A DNA stretch of 64,000 nt from Balanoglossus misakiensis (lineage: Eukaryota > Animalia > Hemichordata), in contig CM082576.2 of assembly GCA_040954595.2 (NCBI GenBank), forward strand, positions 12,279,129 to 12,343,128. Reading direction: 5' to 3'. The notes beneath the pieces were generated by a model. The model saw only the letters and a program-made list of their open reading frames with translations, had not been told where the DNA came from and did not search any database. The translations under genes and the position numbers were made by a program. This document shows, in pieces, positions 45,157 to 59,322 of the stretch (position 1 is the stretch's first letter; the number at the start of each line of letters is the position of its first letter).

Positions 45157-48100
45157 TTAAAGGGAAAGTGTTTTAATCAATCTGCTTTAACGTATTCTAA
45201 ACTGTGCCAGAGGATCGAAGTCCAAACACGCCCTTTTTGAAAAGTGAACAGCGGCATCCCGAGTGCTATAAATAAAAAGAATGAGCCACTCTCGCTCGAC
45301 AGGGGACAATAATTCAGACAGTTCTTAAGGTTGCGGCGGAACACAAAAGCGAGAGATCATTGCCCATGGTCCATTACTACACCGTGGACATGAGGGACTG
45401 CCTGATCCATTACAGGGCTCGCGAAAGGCAATGTTGCCGCTATCAATGGTACTGTAGGAAACACAATACGTCGTCTATTGTGCGGCTGGCGGACAGAGGC
45501 AAGGTGGCATACCTGACATACCTTTTCCCTTTGTACTGACCCAGATCTCACAAAGTCCTCCTATTGTGCGGGCTGACCTCGCCAAATATGCTGATGCAGG
45601 GGGCTTGGTTGACTTCCCTTAAAAGGGCAAGAAAGGCACTCTGGTGCAGTTAGCAGAACAAGTGGCCGCAGCCGACTGCAGTCCCTGGCTGCAGGGGAGC
45701 CCGGGTACCTGACGTGCAAACAGGCACAAGCCCCGGCCTGTTCAGTGCAGTAGTCCCCGACCCTTCTCTACCAACGACTTGACAATGGACGCTGAAGTAT
45801 TTCTCATATCTACGGTACACATGTACAGGGATAACACCGTGTGTACACAGGGCGCAGTGCAAACTGTTTGAAGTGCGCTGCCAAAAATTACTACTGGTTG
45901 TAGAAAGTCGGCTGGGCAAACACAACCCTGGTATGAATACCACGATGAAGAGTCAGAAATATTATTACGTTTGTTTGGAATATGCATTAATTTGCAAACA
46001 CAGTACAAAAACTTGATTATGTAATAAAAACAAAAACACAATTCAATTTAGATCAGTGGCAATTCATATTAAAGCTGGGCACACATCAACACCTTTCACA
46101 GGAGCATACTAATAATTCGGACCGCCACTCAAACTGCTCAGACTTTTATTGGCCAAACATTCCACTGGTTATTGCTCTGGGCAGTTGACGTTTTTAGTAG
46201 CAAGCTAATATTTAGCGCAGCGGGCATATTTGCACGTACCCCAGCGCACGTCGCATTCACTGTGACAGTTCTCAGCAAAACAAAGAAGATGTCTCTATGG
46301 TCGAATAAAAACAATGTAGGAAATTTATCATGTGAATGAATCCTGCACGTTATTTATTGCAGTAATGCATGCAATTGGCCATGTAGGGGGCTAAAGGTCA
46401 CACTAAGCAAACACACCTACATTTTGTACATTTATGGCTACATGTTACGCTCAGAAGAGGAAGCTAAACATTCTGTGCTATACTCAGAGATAACAGTCAG
46501 GCCAGTTATTTACAAGGGTGATTACAGTAGGCCAGAATATGCATGTGGGTGTGTGTGTGTGTGTGTGTTTGCGTCCCCCCCCCACACACACACCCAAAGT
46601 CAATCATCCATGGCAAAGAGAAATCAGTCAATTATGTAACGGGGGAAGATACCCTGGAATAGGTCCCGCCAAGGTGACGGCATTTCACATCAACAAGATA
46701 ATATAGGGATTACAGCTCAATGTCACCAGGCAATTGTCAAAAAACTCTTTGCAAATCGATCATCTGTCTTTCTGTTATTATTCTACCACCTACTTTTTCA
46801 CACACACCTGCACTTACGTACTATGAAAACAGAAAGTGGAAATGTCCGGATTGTATTCAAGCTGCCGGGATCAACTACTTCATTTTTTATTTGAGTATAC
46901 TGCAGCTATGCATTGTGAATATTAATCCTATGATTGTAGGTCAGCCATATGTGCATCATGAACACACAACACACACATACACACTCACCGTGTCGAAACA
47001 GGTGGTTGTCAACAGAGAGGGAAAAATCAGTATGATTTTAATGTGTGGTCAAATAAACCTACAAAAGAACACCACCAGTCAATTTTCTAAGCAAATTTCA
47101 ATATGGATCCTTTCAGTGGTACAAATGCGTACGACACGTTTTCAATTTGTTCTCACTGTTGATCCGCATAAGCCTTCCTTTCAACGATTGAATCGGCAAA
47201 TTGGACCAATTTCAGGAGCGTTTACGCTGACAAGAGTCGTGAGTCACTGTATTGTGATAATTTCGAGGCTTGCAGTTCTCAACTGCCAAAGAGTTTTGGG
47301 TCTGTGTGCGACGGTAATAGCTTCGAGAGCCAGGCAGCTGATATCAACATTATTAACGTAGTAATTTATGTTTAGTACATGGAGGTCACCTGGATATCAT
47401 GCTCCCTCTCAAACGAAACAACACCAAACTCACAGCCGGGGCCAACCACTTCAGCGTCTCTTGAGCTCGCACAAATTCCATCACAAACATTTCCTCAATA
47501 AAATACGAAAACTTCAAACGAAGATCAAACAATTCATACATACCGCGGCATCCTGACTTCCCCTTTCCCGAAAAACCCACAGCCTAGTTTTTTTAAGATC
47601 CAAAACACAAAATCCCACTGCCCACACAGCAAGCGCCTACATGAGTCTCTGTACACAGTTTCGGTATATGAACAATCCGATGGGAGGGCTTGTGATGCTA
47701 TCTTAAACCGGTTGCACCAATCAGACACAACCGTATCGCTAATTTGTAAGATGACATGGTGATAATTTAGTTAGCTAAGGTCTCTCAGTGCGATCATATA
47801 ACACTCCGGGGACAGGGACTAATGAAGACCCTTTGTTTTCTGCGACACCAGCATTTCTGCACTTTTCTGATAATAATTCATTACCGGTATGTTTATATCG
47901 GCCACTTCATGAATATTGCATGCGCACATGTGGCGCAAAAACCTCGATGTGGAGTATTCTCCATTGATATTTAAATCAAGCCACGGGATGAACTCTGAGG
48001 TTATACTTGGTATATTTGATGATTGATTATTTTCATTAGTTCTTTTTCCTAGTGAAACCAATTCTGAAATTATGAAGCAGTGGGGACTTTAGAAGGTAAT

Positions 48101-51100
48101 ATTAAAGTCCAAAATTTTGGAATTTTGGAATTCTGCTTTTTTTATGTGCAAAAAAAAAAAAAAATTGAAACGCCAATCTTTTAATAAATGCACAATTTCG
48201 CCCAGAGTTATTTCACTCACTGTGACATAGTTGACATTTCTCTATATGGTAGCTACCAGGAAAATGTGTCTTTTGTTGACAAAAAAATGCGGGAATGGTT
48301 GTTTTGTTGACACAAGAGACGGGTACTTCTGAACGAACACATCATGAATCAGGGCGGCCTGCCTGAGAGTATCATTTTTCAAACCGGAAATCAATGAACC
48401 ACTGTGCTTAAGCTCTACAAATTACACACGAAAAAACACAAAAAAGTGGCCATCTTTCAATTCCTATGAATGAACCTACTAGGTGGGTACTAAACAAAGT
48501 ACATAGTTGCAGTGCGTCACTTAAACACACACTTCATACAGCTGTGTCCTCACAGCAAACTCTACCATGCATTGACGTGCCGGAGTAGCCATTCCAATAT
48601 TTTCAGACCACACCTTTTTTGTTAAAAATCGATATTTCAAATTCATCAGTCGAGTCGGAAACAGGGACAACTTCACAGGCTTCAGATTTTAATCCCAAAT
48701 TGGGAAACTCCTCGAGTGATCAGAATCCATGACTGCGAGATTAATCCCGACAAAGGATTTTTTGCAAAATTTCATAAAAAGAGTACGGCTTCAATTCCCA
48801 CATGTAAACACCAGTCAGACAATCATGCATACATATACGAACAAGGCAAAATGAAACCCAAGCCCATGCAGCTATGTCTGCGGCAGTTGTCGGGGGATGA
48901 CCTGTGCCCACACAGTGGATAAGGTATCTGGGAAAAGACGAGACACGTCGCGTCATGCAGCGTTACACACATCAAGTTTCATGATATGAGTCATTATATG
49001 CATGTTCTTACAAACGGAATAGTCAACGAGACACAGTCTGATGCATGCAGTGTTTGTTTGTCGAAATGATGACGGACAGAAAAGTACAAGTTAATAGAAT
49101 TTCCAGATAAGGTCAGAAAAGAATTTTATTAAAGCGAGCATGAGACATAATTAATAAATTCATCATTTATTATATACGAGGATGCGATCTCTGCAGCTCT
49201 ATTCTGATTTATGAGGTCAGTAATATCAGGCATTCAGGACTGCACTTTATTTTCTCCCAGAATTCTCACCACCAAATATAAATATTGAATACCGGCTTTC
49301 CTGCTGCGTGCTTTAGTGCTTCCTGTGTTGTCTTTAATAATTCATCAGACAGCTCCGGGACGGAGAAATTTTTACGTCATCAGATTACCCAAGGCTATAG
49401 CCATCATGAAAAAATTTGGGTGTACTCCGCAGCAGGAGTAGCTTTTCTGAGAGTTCCTTTGCTGTCTGTATATGGGTCAAACACTTGAGAGGAAATTTTC
49501 AGCAAAGAGAGTGATTCTGATTGAAGCTAATATAAGGTGGTGAAATGGTTGAGATATGACAGAGATGCGAGACACACTCTCTTTAGCAAACCGCTACAAT
49601 GCTTAATCAGATTGGGGTTATGTAGTAGGGCATGATAGTTGATACTCTATCATGGGTTATGGCGGTGCAGCACGTCGACTAAATCACCCAGATATTGATA
49701 ATGCCGGTTATAGCATTTACCCTCAACTGCAGCTCGTAGGTGGTATTTCAATTTCTGTTTCTAAATGCGGTATTGTACCGTAACCCAATAAAAAACGGGT
49801 CTCCTCTGACTTGGATTTGTATCAAATTTCTCTTCATAGACACAGCACACTTGACTCGTACACTGCAGTGGTAGCACAGACACAAATCGACAGAAAATTT
49901 TAAGCCTCTCTCTCTGCATCTTTTTTAATGAAGTCATGTGACCTATTATCTAAATACGCAATTAAAGCTGCATAATATCTCATGACTGACACTCGCAAAT
50001 TATTCATCAATCAGGGTTTATTTTCAATGCTTGCACTCTTTCAAATTGGATAATTACTCTCAATTTGTTTGACAACTAAGATCATGATGTGTCAAATGAC
50101 ACTCTCAAAGTGAGACGTCACGTGTCAGCCCAAAACTCTTCAATGTCAAAAAAACGCCATCGCTATGGGTTTCAGAAGAAATGCAGCACTCTACTACAGT
50201 GTAGTCAGGGAACAATAGGGCGAATACTTGCTCACCTTTAAAAAGAATGCAATAAACGCAAACAGCACAATGCAAACAGGGCACAATCAGGAATCTCCAG
50301 TCATGCAGAATTTCATATGATCTTCATCCCACATGCATTCAAGTCTGTTCAATTAGGATTGAAGGGTCGCTTAAGGTGACGAGATTTCCGATGGGGAAAG
50401 TTTAAGTCATGAATTTTATAAATTTGGAAGTGTTTATTAGATGGAATTCAGACAGAATTACAGACATTGTTATATCATTTATACATTCGTTGAATTCAGA
50501 TTCTAATTTTCGAAACAAAGACATGCAATTGAGAAAATATAAGATGTATTAGAAAAAGACACTTTTAGCAAATATTTAACTTGAGTGGAGAATGTTTGTT
50601 ATCTGGGCTATAAATGTAACAAGTTCTCTCACAAGACCGTGAGGTCACAGCTTATAAATAGTCCTGTGCAAGTATTCAAGGAGCCGTAATTTGCGTGCTA
50701 ATGGGTCAAGCCCTTTTTGAATGTGCTCGCTGAAATAAAAATCTGCCACATAATGGATACTCCGCTGGAAATGGGTAGTGACTCACGCAGCCTTTGCGTT
50801 GATATTGCAAGTTGTGTACGACAGTTATGTGTACGGCAGACAAACGACTTCATGTCATATCAGAAATTGTTTATCAGACTGTTTTACAAGTTGGTGATTT
50901 CAGATGGCTGAAACCACAGTACCGATCGACATCCGTGGATTGACACTTTCCCCGTCCACAAAAATGTAGGAATATCCTCCTGGGATCAAAAAACAAGGAC
51001 GACTTCTCACTTCAGTCGGTATCAAACACACCCACAGCGTTCAGGGAATGAATTGAGAAAAAAAAGGAAAACTTGGGGGTCTTCGTTCAGCTGTGAAAGT

Positions 51101-54100
51101 ACAAGGATACACTGTCTGGCGAGGACGTTGAATCGGCAGATTTGAATAAGAATCGCGCACACAGACAATGCCAACTATTTTTTATGTTAGTTCAATTATT
51201 GGACTCTGAATGGTGTGTAGTCATTCTGAAATGATGTCTGTATTTGTATGGCTTCCCAGGGTGATATGTTATGAATGTGACAGCTAAGAGAGCCCGGGCA
51301 CACTTGGCTAGAGTCTGGTAGCCCAGCCCGGGCCATGTCATTGTGACATGGGCGCCCAGGACACATGAATGTCAAAACAAACACTGTTTACTGTAACAAC
51401 AAACACTGAACATCTCTTTCTGGCAGACAGACATGACATACAGTCACAACAAAGACTTGAGAACACAACAGGACATACATGGGAGTAGCGTACTGACGGT
51501 GATCTTACGAGAGATGCAGGGTATATACTGATAGGGATTTTTTACAGGGATTGAAAATGAAATCCAAGCAAGTTTCTGCAGGGTGTGACATAACAGTTGA
51601 CAGGTGATGCTACAGTGAATGGCAAAATGACCGAGTGAAAATCATGTGTATGGATGGCATCTTCCAACAGAGATTGTTCATGATCAGATGCCTCGGTGCA
51701 AAATTTCAAGAATTAATGACACAATGTATCATATCACAAGGTCAGGTATGTTGACTTTCACTGCAACCAAACGCCCTACAATTCAATGTAACGTCAAACT
51801 GCAGAAACCTGGCTGTACGACATGCAATTTTAAACTACGAAACTACGAATCATGCAAGAATTCTCAAGATTAATAAGGTATCATCTACTGTATTATGTAT
51901 GAGTGTATTAAATACAAATTCTCCATTTAGAGTAGACTATACGAGACAAGTCAATGTCAACTACTGGAATCCATGCCAACTACAATTTCACAGAACAGGA
52001 TATGTATCTTAGGACACAGAGCATGACCGACAAATACAAGACTCACCGAAAAGTGAGTACAAGTTAGCTCATTAATGGTTACATTACTGACTTTAAAATT
52101 TTAACCTAAATTTATCTATCCTTCTTGTTAACGTTAGACGACGGGTTTTGGTAAGTACGAACGAATACCGTGCCATATAGACCGACATACCTTAATTCGT
52201 AGTTTGCCATTTTGAGTGTCTTATTCCAGGGCAGTGGGGATGAAGCAAACAAAAGGCAACACCCGTGTGCCCCACTGAAATGTAACCAACAAAGTGAATC
52301 ACTTTGTGAAATCACGCTTGCATAAGAAAAATATTACTACAAACTACAGTCATACAATAAACTATTCTAATGCAAACTAATTAACCAATATACAAACCTG
52401 ATGAATATTTAAATAAGTAGTGTCTGCTTTCCTGATTGGAAGCAGGATTGCAGGAAGGAAAATTTTACAACAATGATTCAGGTGTTATCCCAAAAAACAG
52501 CCTGGAGGCGGGTATATTAAATTAATTAGATTGGGAGTTTGGGATTTTCACTTTAATTAGCGTTCTGAGTACCTCCATTTTCACATTTTGGTGCTGACAA
52601 CAAGTCATGCATGCAATGGAAATGTTTATAATTTTTTTCCCATGGCATACGCAGCGACTGTAGTTTGAATATCAACAATATCACAATGGATATACCAGTA
52701 GTCATAAATATCGCGTTTTGACAAGCTTGTTGATGAAATACCTATGTCATCATGAACAATAGAACAGTAGCATTCCATGGATCACAAATAAACTAAAAAA
52801 AAACAACAGGAGAGGCACCTCTTCATCTAGAACTATTTGATGTGGTTTCTATGTTCAGTGAATGTCAGAGCACTCTTATTATTAAATGAACAAGCACTTT
52901 ATTTGTTTTTTTATTATTATAAATTCATCTCTGATCAAGCCACAATGGAATGTATCATTTCAATATATCATAGTTGTTACATCAAGACTCTTATCACATA
53001 GCAGCGATCATGGATAGTGGCTACGTACAACTTCCATACAACCCAAACGCATAACTCAGCATGGAAGTAGCAGAGTATTGGCTGGCCGGATCACAGTCCT
53101 TTCTGGGATACAAGACACTCAACTTTGTGAACTTTGTGTATAAAGAGTATTCGTGACATGGCAGAGTTTGACTGGATTTTCTGCGGGAGGATTGGCACGC
53201 GAAGACCCAGGCTTGTGCACAACTCTCAAGCAAAGAGTCACAGCACTCAGCGATGTAGGCTGAGAAATGAATCAACGCCAGTAAAATAAGACGAGCTTGT
53301 TCTGCACGGGAGGTGAGCACTTTTGCAGGGAATGCACTTCAATTGTAATGCCACCGGACAAAAATACAGACACTTCTTTCACGTTCGCTCATTGTCATGT
53401 AAATGTTCGTAACTTGTAGGCGTACGCGTGGAGAGCGTTTCAGGAATGGAACAGATATACTTGCCTGGGGTGTAGTGAAGAGATCGAATATCAGAGGTTT
53501 CCGAACTTTTTAACATTACTCACTCCCTGTTATTTTTATGCACTGCTTTTTTGAGGCCAGATGGGGCTTCGTTCGCTCTTGCATTAATCCCCAAGACTCT
53601 TTTCGCAAATGTGACCGGGAATGAACCCAATTCATCAAAGTGCTATGTTTTTTTTTCACTGTATGTTGAGTCACTTTATTGAGCAGAGCTACAGCAGGAT
53701 TAAGGCATCAAATCCAAAAACAGGGTTGAAAGTCACACGTCAGTGACGCCTGCGAGCCTTAAGTCATCATCTCGCAGGGACCCGCACGCATAAATACTAC
53801 GATGATGAGAACACCGTGCCTAACTCTTTCCCTGCATGTGGGAGTCGCCCGCATGGAATAACCACATCCTGAAACACTTATCACAGACACGCTACCTGCT
53901 ACCTACACATAAACATACACACCCAGGCTGATATATATAAGACACAACACCAGATCCCCCTTTCATCATCGCCAGCTGTGGAAGGTCAAGTTTCACACGG
54001 AAGGTCATGGTTCACGGGCAACGTCACTCATGGTTAAGACTACTAATTTCTTCCCGTCAAATTCAACTTTATGTAAAACCCAGTAACTTACAGTAGATTG

Positions 54101-57100
54101 ATTCATTATCCCAGGTACATTGTCTGTTTTCATTAACTTCAGTACACAAAGCTTATCGGGATTCATTCTAAAGAACCTATCAATCAGTCACAAGTCATGA
54201 TTACATCGCTCCACTCAGTGACACAAAAGCTCATACACTGCACCAAAAGTGTCAACTTCTATATTTGACACAGTGCATTTCAACGGGCCCAGCTTAAAAA
54301 AGAAACAGTATTTTTCACTTACACTGAATTCAACGTGACAAAATTTTAAAATTAGTTATGCCTGTTTTCCAATATCAAATCTAAACCAATTGATGGAACA
54401 CTGCTCTATACAATTTTCATGGTGAGATGTCTTCATTTATGAAAATTTATTTTTTAAACAGTTAAAAACGCCAAACACTATCGTTACTATAAACAAAAAA
54501 CATGATATCTTGTGTTAGGCTGGCAGAGTGCTAAATGCGTATATTCATGATAAATTAATATACTGGTATTTAAATTTATAGCTACTATGAGTTTGAGTAG
54601 CTTAAGGCCTATCATCTTGAAAGTAATCATTTGTTTTCCCCTTATCTCTACTTTTGCTTGAATTGTCACTCCAGATCAACGATCATCCCACACGCGTCTT
54701 CTGCACGGCTGATTTTATACTCTATAAATACTCAAACTGTTCCGCCTAATTGAAAATTACTATCAGGTGTGCAGCGTAACATCAAGTTAACGGTCGGTCA
54801 CTTTGATAAATTCTGCTAATAATCAACTGATGTGTTAACATTTTCTGAAAAGCAACATGATTGCCTGGTCCATAGCATGAATTTGAAATCGCCATAGTGA
54901 TAACAGAAAAATATTCAAAAAATTGAAATACACACGTACCGCAATATTTTGGCATTCAATTGAAACTTAGGAGATTGTCTGTAGTACTGTAAAATGTCGC
55001 TTAGTTACCATGAATCAAAATGACTTTTCTAGATTAATTAACGCATAGTGCAAATTTACAATCAAAACATTTAAATGTACATAAGGACAGCCCAGGTTGT
55101 CCCCAACATATGGACTATTTCTGTTGTCCTGATGCACAGGACTCTTGAAATAGCCACGCTATATTGATACTATCAATACTATATTAGAATCCTTCGCATC
55201 TGGGATTGGGTGGGTCATATAAATTTACATTGCACATGCATAATTTACATTAGGCATTCTAAATTTGCGGAACCAAACTAGACTGCCCTCATGCTGTGAT
55301 GGTGAGGTAAATAAATTTGTCAGCTCATTAAGTGAACAAATTATTCCACGTCACCTGCCAGGCCCTACCCAAAATCACTTGACATACCTGAAATTCATCG
55401 ATGCCATCTGTAACAAGTGACACTATAAAACCATCAAACCCAAACCCTACCTACGCTTGTCCTTCACTCTCCTATGACCCCGAAACCACCTGTCAGTGTT
55501 TAGCTCAGGAAATTACTGCGGTTTCAACGATTGTTGCGTGCATAATGTGAGTGTGCAATATTTCCCTTGCTATCTAGGCAACTGATTCACTGAAAAAATT
55601 GCACTTGTTTAACATCGATATTCCCTCCATATCGCCCTTGCCTTATCATCATTGCACAGCTTTGTCGGTCAGTCATACTATACCGGTATGTGTATTTTTT
55701 ATTACATGTAATACAGAGCTCTTCATAAAGGTCAGGGCCAGATACCATATGATATGGTGTTTAACTGGCATCAGGTAGCAGCCACTTTTATAGATTGAAG
55801 TAATCAATAGGCCAGTCAAGACACACAGAGAATCACACTCAAAACCAGCAAAAAACAGACTGAAAGGGCAGAATATAACTGAAACTACACCCTGCATTTG
55901 TTCAGTGGCAACTAATGCTACCAAACAGTTGGCATAAACTAAACGAATACCTCCTAAAACAGAAGCACTTCAGACACACAATGCAACTCAGTTGTCCAAT
56001 TGGCAAATTTTGCATGTTACCTATATGTGCATACTTATTTTACTTGGTGATTGACTACCGGTAATTCTAACAAATACAGTCATGATTTGGATGACAAAAG
56101 ACAGAGCCAGAATCCAGGGTCAGTAAACACCAGTCTGGCTTGCATCTGCAGAAATAGCTAACCCACTGACCTAGTCTATAAACAGACTCGTTCTTTTTCA
56201 TTTGTTTACAAGGACACATTATTTCTTTGAAACTGGGAGTTGGTCCCTCTCTCTCTCTCTGACTCAGTCAGTCTGAACAATGCATCAAGACTCGACCCTT
56301 GAAGTTGATGGTTATCTTTCACCTTTATGCAGAGTAATCACATACCCATAACAAATCACCTAGGACCGGGTGGGAACATCTTTATGACGTGTGTCAACCT
56401 TTTAAACTATCCTCTGAATTAGACTATGATATTCTTCAGTTTAGATAAATGCAATGGGCTTGCATTTTTTATAACAAGTGCCGTAGGCCTCAATGTGCTA
56501 CCTGGTGAAACTATTTCTTTTAGCCCAATGGTCACAATTCCACCCAATACTTAGCATCAGTGGCAATCTTTTCCTACTGTACTGTCTTAGACAGGATTTG
56601 AAATTCATGACCTATTTCCCACAGTGTGCTATACTGCCGAGTGTGGGATTCTGCAGGGAGCACGGGCCAGCTACCACACCCCCTCAAAAGGATCAAAAAT
56701 ATACCTCCAGCATAATTGGCACATTAGAGCTACAAAGAGACATTCATAAACACTTTTACGGGCCGCAACTGAAGTTTTACTGTCAACGGTTGCTTGGGAA
56801 ACCGCTCGCGCAGGTCAAATGCGGTCTTGTCCTGCTGGGATAAGAAAAATTCCAAACCAGTGAAACAGAATCGGAGTATATTCCTTGGGCATAACATGTG
56901 GTGCGTGTGTGTATGCATGTATACAAACAAAACTGGCACACATATTACACATAATGATATAAACGGCCTTTACAGGTGGCAGCCAGCTTTTTTTATAGGT
57001 GTGGCCTTTCACGGGGTCTTAGCACTTCTCTTGGCCTTCTCAGTGTAAACAAAAAGAAATAAGTTGAAGGGGTCATGACCAATTATTGACAGCCTGTACG

Positions 57101-59030
57101 TGGATCGAACCACGGACAATGATTTATTGACTGTGCAGTTTGATGTTGAACTTGTCTTTGCACTGAGGTGATTCCCAAAGTTAAAAGACAAGTTTATTCT
57201 GTCATAGTCTTACACATTCTGTGCCAACGACAGAACCTTACGGGAAAACAGTACAACTTTTGTTGGTATATTTTTATCGCTTATCTAATCAGTTTCAATA
57301 CATATATAACAAAAAAGTTTTGACATGCACTTCCCGAAGTAGCAAATAAAAAATCGTACGCAAATCTTGCAGTGACATGTCTGGGTGTATCTCGGTGCAA
57401 GAAATGCCCTTGGAATTTTAAGTGTGGTATAAAGCAAACACAGATTCAGTCAAGCAATTGATTATTTAGGTGTAGTGGCTGCCAAGAGAGAATAACACAT
57501 ATTATGCTGCAGCCAGTACTTGAAGAACTAGTATTTGTTCTGTTCTGCCAGCGTAAGTTTACTCAATTGAAAGACACTGGACGTAAAATTACCTAATATA
57601 CCATCACGCAAGGCGGTGGCACACCGAAAGAAAGCTCACACTCGAATTTTCTGTGTTACACCTATGTTACGCACATCACTGTTCTGCTAATTACCTTTCA
57701 AAAGAACAATAACAGGCTGTCCCAAGACTTAATCAGCCTTGGTCATGCAATGTCTAAACAGTCTGTGCTAACAAGTGTGTGAAACCATAAACTATTGTGT
57801 TGATAGTTGGTGGCTAAATTAACAATAATATTTGCCGGACAGTTATGAATACCTTACAGCAGTGTGTCCCACTGGAAAACATTTATCACCTCTAGAATAG
57901 ACACAGGCCATTCAATGCCTCTACACAGCATTGAAGTCATTCCGTGGGGCTGGTTGCATTTTTACATGTTCTCACCCTATTTTTAGTGACAATTTATATT
58001 CTATTCAGGGCCATTATGCCAGCCAGTACTGCAGAATTTATTTGGTCAGACATTCCACTGTTGTTAAACACCAACTTCTTTTATCTGAAAATTTATCATC
58101 TGACATGGAAGCAGAAGTCAAGTCTGTGTGTGACTTCAACTGGAATATTAGTTGTCGACTGATTTCTGCGTTTTAATGCACCAACATAGGCAACAACTGA
58201 CCGTGCTAGTGCTTGTTAATCGACTGTTCTGGCTTTAGTATTTGCGATCCGCTATTGATCAACATGTAACTCTTTGTGCATCTTGAAACACTATTAAATA
58301 GGATGGCGTGTCTTTCACAGAGTGTGCCTATTGTCGCCGTATGTTAAACAAACGGACGAGTTCAAAAGGCGTGGTGACAGTACAAACTCGTTTGCGTTTT
58401 GTAGTTCGCAATCCAGAACAAGCGAACGTATTTTGACAGCTCTGACTCTCAGTGCAGAGAGCGCGAATCGGCTGCTCGCTCTGTGACAATTATCGCGACT
58501 GACGCGCTTTTGAAAAGACACCGCTTTGCAGGATATGGGGAGGGTTGCGTCTGAACGAAGTGCGAATGGTGTGTGAATAGGAAATCCATAAAAGACGGGA
58601 GTAATTGGAATGACAATAGGGCCAAGAATGTGTCTTGAGAGGTGCGTCCGAAATGTCCGCGATATCTACACAACGGTGTCATATTTTGATTATCAACCCG
58701 GAAGTGCGTCCTCTTCTTTTTCCCCCAAACTCCAAACTCAGGTACACGACACGCATCTAAATAAATCAAAAATTGTCCGTTAAGTAAATTAAGTCACTGT
58801 GAAACAACTGGGGAGGCATACCTGTTACGCTTTCCTCAGATGCAAAACGCTGAACACACCTGCCTTCCGTTCTACACACACGTCAACTTGATGACACGGT
58901 ACGATAACGCACTGGGCAGCGGCGGGCGGGCTACCCCCGCGCTACTCCCGGTTCGGTAGGTTTCTCCACGTAACTCGGTAGTCCCTTGTTTCCGGTCGTG
59001 CTTTCAAACGCGACTCCTCTTAACGCTTAC

Positions 59031-59150
59031 CCCCGTCTACTGTGCCTGGGAAACTGGCCACTCTGAGCTCGGTTTCTTCAGGTACAAGCTTCTAGTGAGG
59101 TGGGCACGGCCACATCAAAATCTCTCCTGTGTCTCTATCATCAATATGGC
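59031..59150 (-). other. Candidate non-coding first exon (5' UTR) of beta-H spectrin
   Basis: Coding exon 1 has an acceptor 13 nt before the ATG, so an upstream exon is required. Donor GGG|GTAAGC at 59030 lies in a GC/CpG-rich patch next to promoter motifs. No in-frame ATG. The 5' end is approximate. Confidence 0.5.
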
Positions 59151-59322
59151 CGCCGCAAAGTCAAAATGTATTCAAGCGGGACACATACCAAGCATATCTC
59201 TTGCGTAGAGGGCGTTGTCATGGGGTGGGGTGGGTTTGGACAGTGACCCGGGTAGAGTGGGTTGGGCTCAAGATACCCATAGCAAATGGTAAGAGATTCG
59301 GCTACCCGTAATATTGACGTCA
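59142..59322 (-). promoter_or_regulatory. Candidate core promoter of beta-H spectrin
   Basis: YY1-like GGCGGCCATATTG (59142-59154, minus), CACCC/GT boxes 59222-59235, CRE TGACGTCA 59315-59322. Confidence 0.45.

Noticed and set aside
45357-46041. GC-richer stretch with several short ORFs
   Set aside because: No domain similarity and no in-frame splice route into coding exon 1
46545-46595. (GT)n-C-run-(CA)n fold-back
   Set aside because: Adjacent complementary microsatellites; no evidence of function
46720-47361. 213-aa plus-strand ORF
   Set aside because: No recognisable motif, composition like non-coding DNA, antisense to the spectrin first intron
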